A stretch of 36,879 bases of DNA from Octopus bimaculoides (taxonomy: Eukaryota): contig NC_069000.1 of the NCBI RefSeq assembly GCF_001194135.2, positions 36,258,555 through 36,295,433 on the forward strand. Direction: 5' to 3'. A model generated the notes under the pieces. That model saw only the letters and a list, made by a program, of their open reading frames with translations, was not told the origin of the DNA and did no database searches. The translations under genes and the position numbers were made by a program. This document shows positions 33,406 to 36,879 of the stretch, piece after piece. Each line of letters opens with the position of its first letter. Positions within the stretch are counted from its first letter, which is position 1.

Positions 33406-33739
33406 CCTTCAGTCATGTATGACCAAGGGATTGCACTTAAAAAGTTACCCTCTGAGGCACAAGTCCGGGCGAGGTTGTTTATGGAAGACCAGCAGTCACC
33501 CATGCATACCAGCCTCCCCTCTCCGTGCCACCAATGTTATCCAAGGGAAAGGCAAAAGGGTCCATACAGCTTGGCACCAGTGACATTACAACTCATTTCT
33601 ACATCTGAGTGAACAGAAGCAACGTGAAATAAAGTGCCTTTCTCAAGGACATAGTATAGAGTCTTGTCCAAGAATTGAACTCACTACCTCATGATTGATT
33701 GTGAGCCTGACGCTCAAACCACTGAGCCATGTGCCTTCA
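33406..33739 (-). mobile_element. tRNA-derived SINE, same family as 479-821
   Basis: Co-linear with 479-821 over the whole length. Confidence 0.85.
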
Positions 33740-33807
33740 ACAAAAATAATGTCAAATAAAAAATGATAAAAAAATATAAACAAGAAATGAATAGAATCAA
33801 TATTTAC

Positions 33808-33932
33808 TTTGTCTTTCTTTTGTGGTATTTCCTTTTGATGTTTTTCTGTATCACTAGAATCACTTGCTTGATACTTCTTGTCTCTCATAACTTTCTTGGC
33901 TTTGTATTGTATCTCCAATGTTTTATCATTCT
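33808..33932 (-). CDS. CXXC1: CXXC1 exon; post-PHD linker
   Basis: tttcag|AG acceptor and AAA|GTAAAT donor; (E)NDKTLEIQYKAKKVMRDKKYQASDSSDTEKHQKEIPQKKDK, matching human EKDPKLEIRYRHKK; 125 nt. Confidence 0.92.
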
Positions 33933-33951
33933 CTGAAATTAAGAGAAGGCA

Positions 33952-34192
33952 GCAAAGAAATAGCTAAGAAGTTCAACAGACACCACAGAATCTAAGGAAA
34001 GAATAAAGTAAGCCAATATACAATTGCTTGACTTGCCAGAAATAGCAACCAAATCTCCCTCAGATCACAACTAAGCAAAGAAATAGCTAAGAAGTTCAAC
34101 AGACACCACAGAATCTATGGAAAGAATGAAGTAAGCCAATATTGCTTGACTTGCTAGAAATAGCAGCCAAATCTCCCTTGGATCGCATCTAA
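33952..34192. repeat. Tandem duplication of about 120 bp (33952-34074 and 34075-34192)
   Basis: Both units start gcaaagaaatagctaagaagttcaacagacaccacagaatct; a few substitutions and one small indel. Confidence 0.92.
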
Positions 34193-34721
34193 CCATCTTG
34201 AAAAACAATGCATTGGATAATGTAGCCCTACACATACAAGGCTCATGAAAAGGACTGGATTCATAGGCTAGTATACCCTTGATCATAGATCATGAGGGAT
34301 AGGTAAGTGGAGATACTTGTTAATATAAATTGCAAATGTAAAACAATGAGCTGGCAGACTCATTAGCATGCTGAGCAAAATGCTTAGTGGCATTTCATCC
34401 ATCTTTACGTTCTGAGTTCAAATTCTGAGGCCAACTTTGCCTGTCGTCCTTTCAGAGTCAAGAAAAATAAGGGCCAGTTGAACACTGGTGTTTGATATAA
34501 TCAACTTACCCCCATCCTCTAAATTGCTGGCCTTGTATCAAAATTTGAAACCAATATGAGCTGACAATATGAGCTTTGGTCTGCCCAAGGCTATAGTAGA
34601 AGATACTTGCTCAAGGTGTCACACAGTGGGAATAGATCTGAAACCATGTGGTTGTAGAACAAGTTTCTTAACTTACAGTATCTAATATGGAAAGCAATCA
34701 GATGGAATGATGACAACATAC

Positions 34722-34822
34722 CTCTGCAAGCATCACAGAAGAATTGTTTGATCACTTTGGCTTCACTCTGTGTGACATTAATACAGTCTCCATGATACCA
34801 TTCATTGCACTTATCACAGCCA
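34722..34822 (-). CDS. CXXC1: CXXC1 exon; PHD finger core
   Basis: ttccag|T GGC acceptor and G|GTATGT donor; (I)GCDKCNEWYHGDCINVTQSEAKVIKQFFCDACR; 101 nt. Confidence 0.96.
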
Positions 34823-35589
34823 CTGGAATGAAAAAGATAAAAAGATAAGTATACACAGCCATTGGAGTGAAAAGACAAGTATATAAGATCAATGAGAATG
34901 TCTTTCATTACTGACAGCATCTCTGATTGTTGTAAGAGCAAGCTGTTCAGCTATATAAACAGTTATATTCTTTACATCATCTTCTGTCACCATGCCCACT
35001 ATATATGGTAACTGGCAACATATACCTCTTTCAAACTGATTAAAGGATTACCATACTTGATAGTATAAAAGACATGCGGACATATTAGAGACACTCCAGT
35101 CTCAAACGCATATCCAGGAAAAAATCTTTAGTTCATTAAAGTTTATGGAAGGCCCAACTTTGCATATAGAACCTAGGGTGAAATTTTGAGGCTTTTTTTT
35201 TNNNNNNNNNNNNNNNNNNNNNNNNNNNNNNNNNNNAAGACAATGTCCTTCTACTGGGCCCATTTGCTGATCACCAGATGGTAACTATAACTCACTTTGA
35301 TGTAGCTTCGATTTAGGAAAGTATTTTGGTCCAGTAATTGCATGAAATATTAGAGATTGTTATACAGAATCCATTTCAACATCGCACAAAATGTGATCAA
35401 GAAATGATTATCATTGTTGCACAAAGGAAGTGCAGAGTAAATTTCATATTAGTGACTGCTTTAGTGTAGCTCATACAGCACCAATTTGTAGAGCATCTTC
35501 AGGGTAAACGGTGAACAACTATTGAATAACCAGTGCTTAGATCTGGAATTTCATTTGTTGCTTTGCATGAGTCTAATCCAATAATGACT

Positions 35590-35960
35590 CTCAATTAACT
35601 GTCATCAACTGCAGGAGGTTATCAGCAAATTGAGCACCATCTCTAAGTGTGCAGAGGACCTGTAGAAGATGTAGGGTGAGGTAGTGAAATATCTTTCGAT
35701 GCTGAGTCTTACGGAAGTGATGAAAAGTGATCAAGACTTTTGGCAATTTGCTGTGCTTGAGAAGACACATCAAGCTAAGTGAAAGCTGGTGACATGTAAA
35801 AAGGACTCAGTATACTCTGTGGAGTGGTTGGCGTTAAGAAGGGCATCTAGTTGTAGAAACCAAGCTAAAACAGACTGGAGCCTGACGCAGCTCTCTGGCT
35901 CATGAGTTCCAATCAAAGCATCTAACCCATGCCAGCATGAAAAACAGACACTAAATGTTA
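35590..35960 (+). mobile_element. RTE 3' end remnant (ORF C-terminus and 3' UTR)
   Basis: LTEVMKSDQDFWQFAVLEKT followed by gtggttggcgttaagaagggcatc...cccatgccagcatg. Confidence 0.75.
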
Positions 35961-36083
35961 GCGTGTTAGTGTAATTAACAACCATGGAAAGAACCATTTT
36001 TCAAAACATACAAACCAAATTTATAACAAAAAAAAAAACAAAACAAATAAATACAAATACATAAAAAAAGTAAAGGTACTTAC

Positions 36084-36250
36084 ATCATGAAACGAGAACA
36101 ATCAGTCGTTCTGCAAATACAATATACAGCTGGGGAATCTTCATCTTCCTCCAACTGAGAAGGGTCATCTGATGACTGATCCATTACTTTGATCAATTGA
36201 TTTACCTTAGCTTGCCGTTCAGGTAGCTGAAACTGCTGGGCAATTTCCCC
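36084..36250 (-). CDS. CXXC1: CXXC1 first visible coding exon; N-terminal segment and start of PHD finger
   Basis: ttttccag|GGG acceptor and AT|GTAAGT donor; GEIAQQFQLPERQAKVNQLIKVMDQSSDDPSQLEEDEDSPAVYCICRTTDCSRFM(I); 167 nt, phase 0 to 2. Confidence 0.9.
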
Positions 36251-36739
36251 CTGGAAAACACAGCGTATGAAAAATAGTTTTTTTTGTTTTGTTTTTTGTT
36301 GCTTTTTTTTTTCTTCCAACGATTAATGGGTTTTTTGGGGGGGTTTTTAAAAAAAAAATATTCCATCCACAATTCCAAAGATTTATAAAATAAAAACAAA
36401 GAATCAAAGATAACCAGTTATTGTATTCTAACTTTCTGACTATTTCTATTGTGTGTGAAGGTGCATGGCTCTGCTTGCCATGAAAGATATGCAACCCAGA
36501 TTATATCTACTCCGTTCCTTAACTCTTAGATTTTTATCTGCATACCTGGCAACCCTAGCTGCCTACTGTAAAATACGAAATAATTTTTCCCAGCTTATCA
36601 TACTTCAATACAGGAAAAATCCACAGCCTTCTGCACCTGTAAACCACTACTGTTCCTGAAATTTGTTTTCTTTATATTTTCTACGGATTGCTTAAAACTC
36701 ATTTTTATTTGTACACCTCGAGTCTTGGATCTTACATTT

Positions 36740-36741
36740 AT

Positions 36742-36784
<43 letters not shown>

Positions 36785-36819
36785 TAAATATCTATACTTA
36801 TACATATATATATATAAAT

Positions 36820-36850
<31 letters not shown>

Positions 36851-36860
36851 TAGATATCTA
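36740..36860. repeat. (TA)n and (GATA)n microsatellites
   Basis: Seen directly. Other large (TA)n/(CA)n tracts at 864-920, 9455-9520, 14950-15050, 15450-15660, 19425-19615, 30420-30535. Confidence 0.95.
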
Positions 36861-36879
36861 TGCATCTATGTATATGTAC

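Larger units (their letters stand above)
17837..36250 (-). other. CXXC1: CXXC1/CFP1 gene span (14 visible coding exons, 5'-incomplete)
   Basis: All 13 introns are GT-AG with consistent phases. The spliced frame of 1713 nt is open and co-linear with the human CFP1 sequence as I recall it (PHD, CXXC, SID, C-terminal Cys-rich region). Confidence 0.96.

Noticed and set aside
36546-36655. Candidate upstream CXXC1 exon (tttcag...CAG|GTATGC)
   Set aside because: Its only ATG hits a stop before the donor and there is no homology. It could at most be non-coding, so it is not supported.

Overview
AT-rich, microsatellite-dense metazoan genomic DNA with assembly gaps (N runs at 3394-3403, 9794-10655, 12440-13229, 13940-14039, 15494-15588, 30067-30419, 32268-33227, 35202-35236). 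The repeat families and composition suggest an octopus/coleoid cephalopod (inference). The main feature is a minus-strand CXXC1 (CFP1, SET1/COMPASS subunit) orthologue. I reconstructed 14 GT-AG coding exons between 36250 and 17837 that join in one open frame (1713 nt, 570 aa plus stop) encoding PHD, CXXC zinc finger, SET1-interaction/coiled-coil and C-terminal Cys-rich regions; the first exon probably lies outside the window. The rest is introns and intergenic DNA filled with tRNA-derived SINEs, RTE-clade LINE remnants, mariner- and piggyBac-like MITEs, a Tigger-like transposase remnant, a HERO/NeSL-like endonuclease remnant and microsatellites. I found no convincing wholly new system. The best leads are a Gly-to-Ser change in the CXXC motif that A-to-I editing would exactly reverse, a Penelope-type minimal hammerhead-like motif, inverted repeat pairs around CXXC1 exons, and a 266-bp near-identical duplicate that is probably an assembly artefact. 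Repeat boundaries are approximate; exon boundaries were counted to the base.
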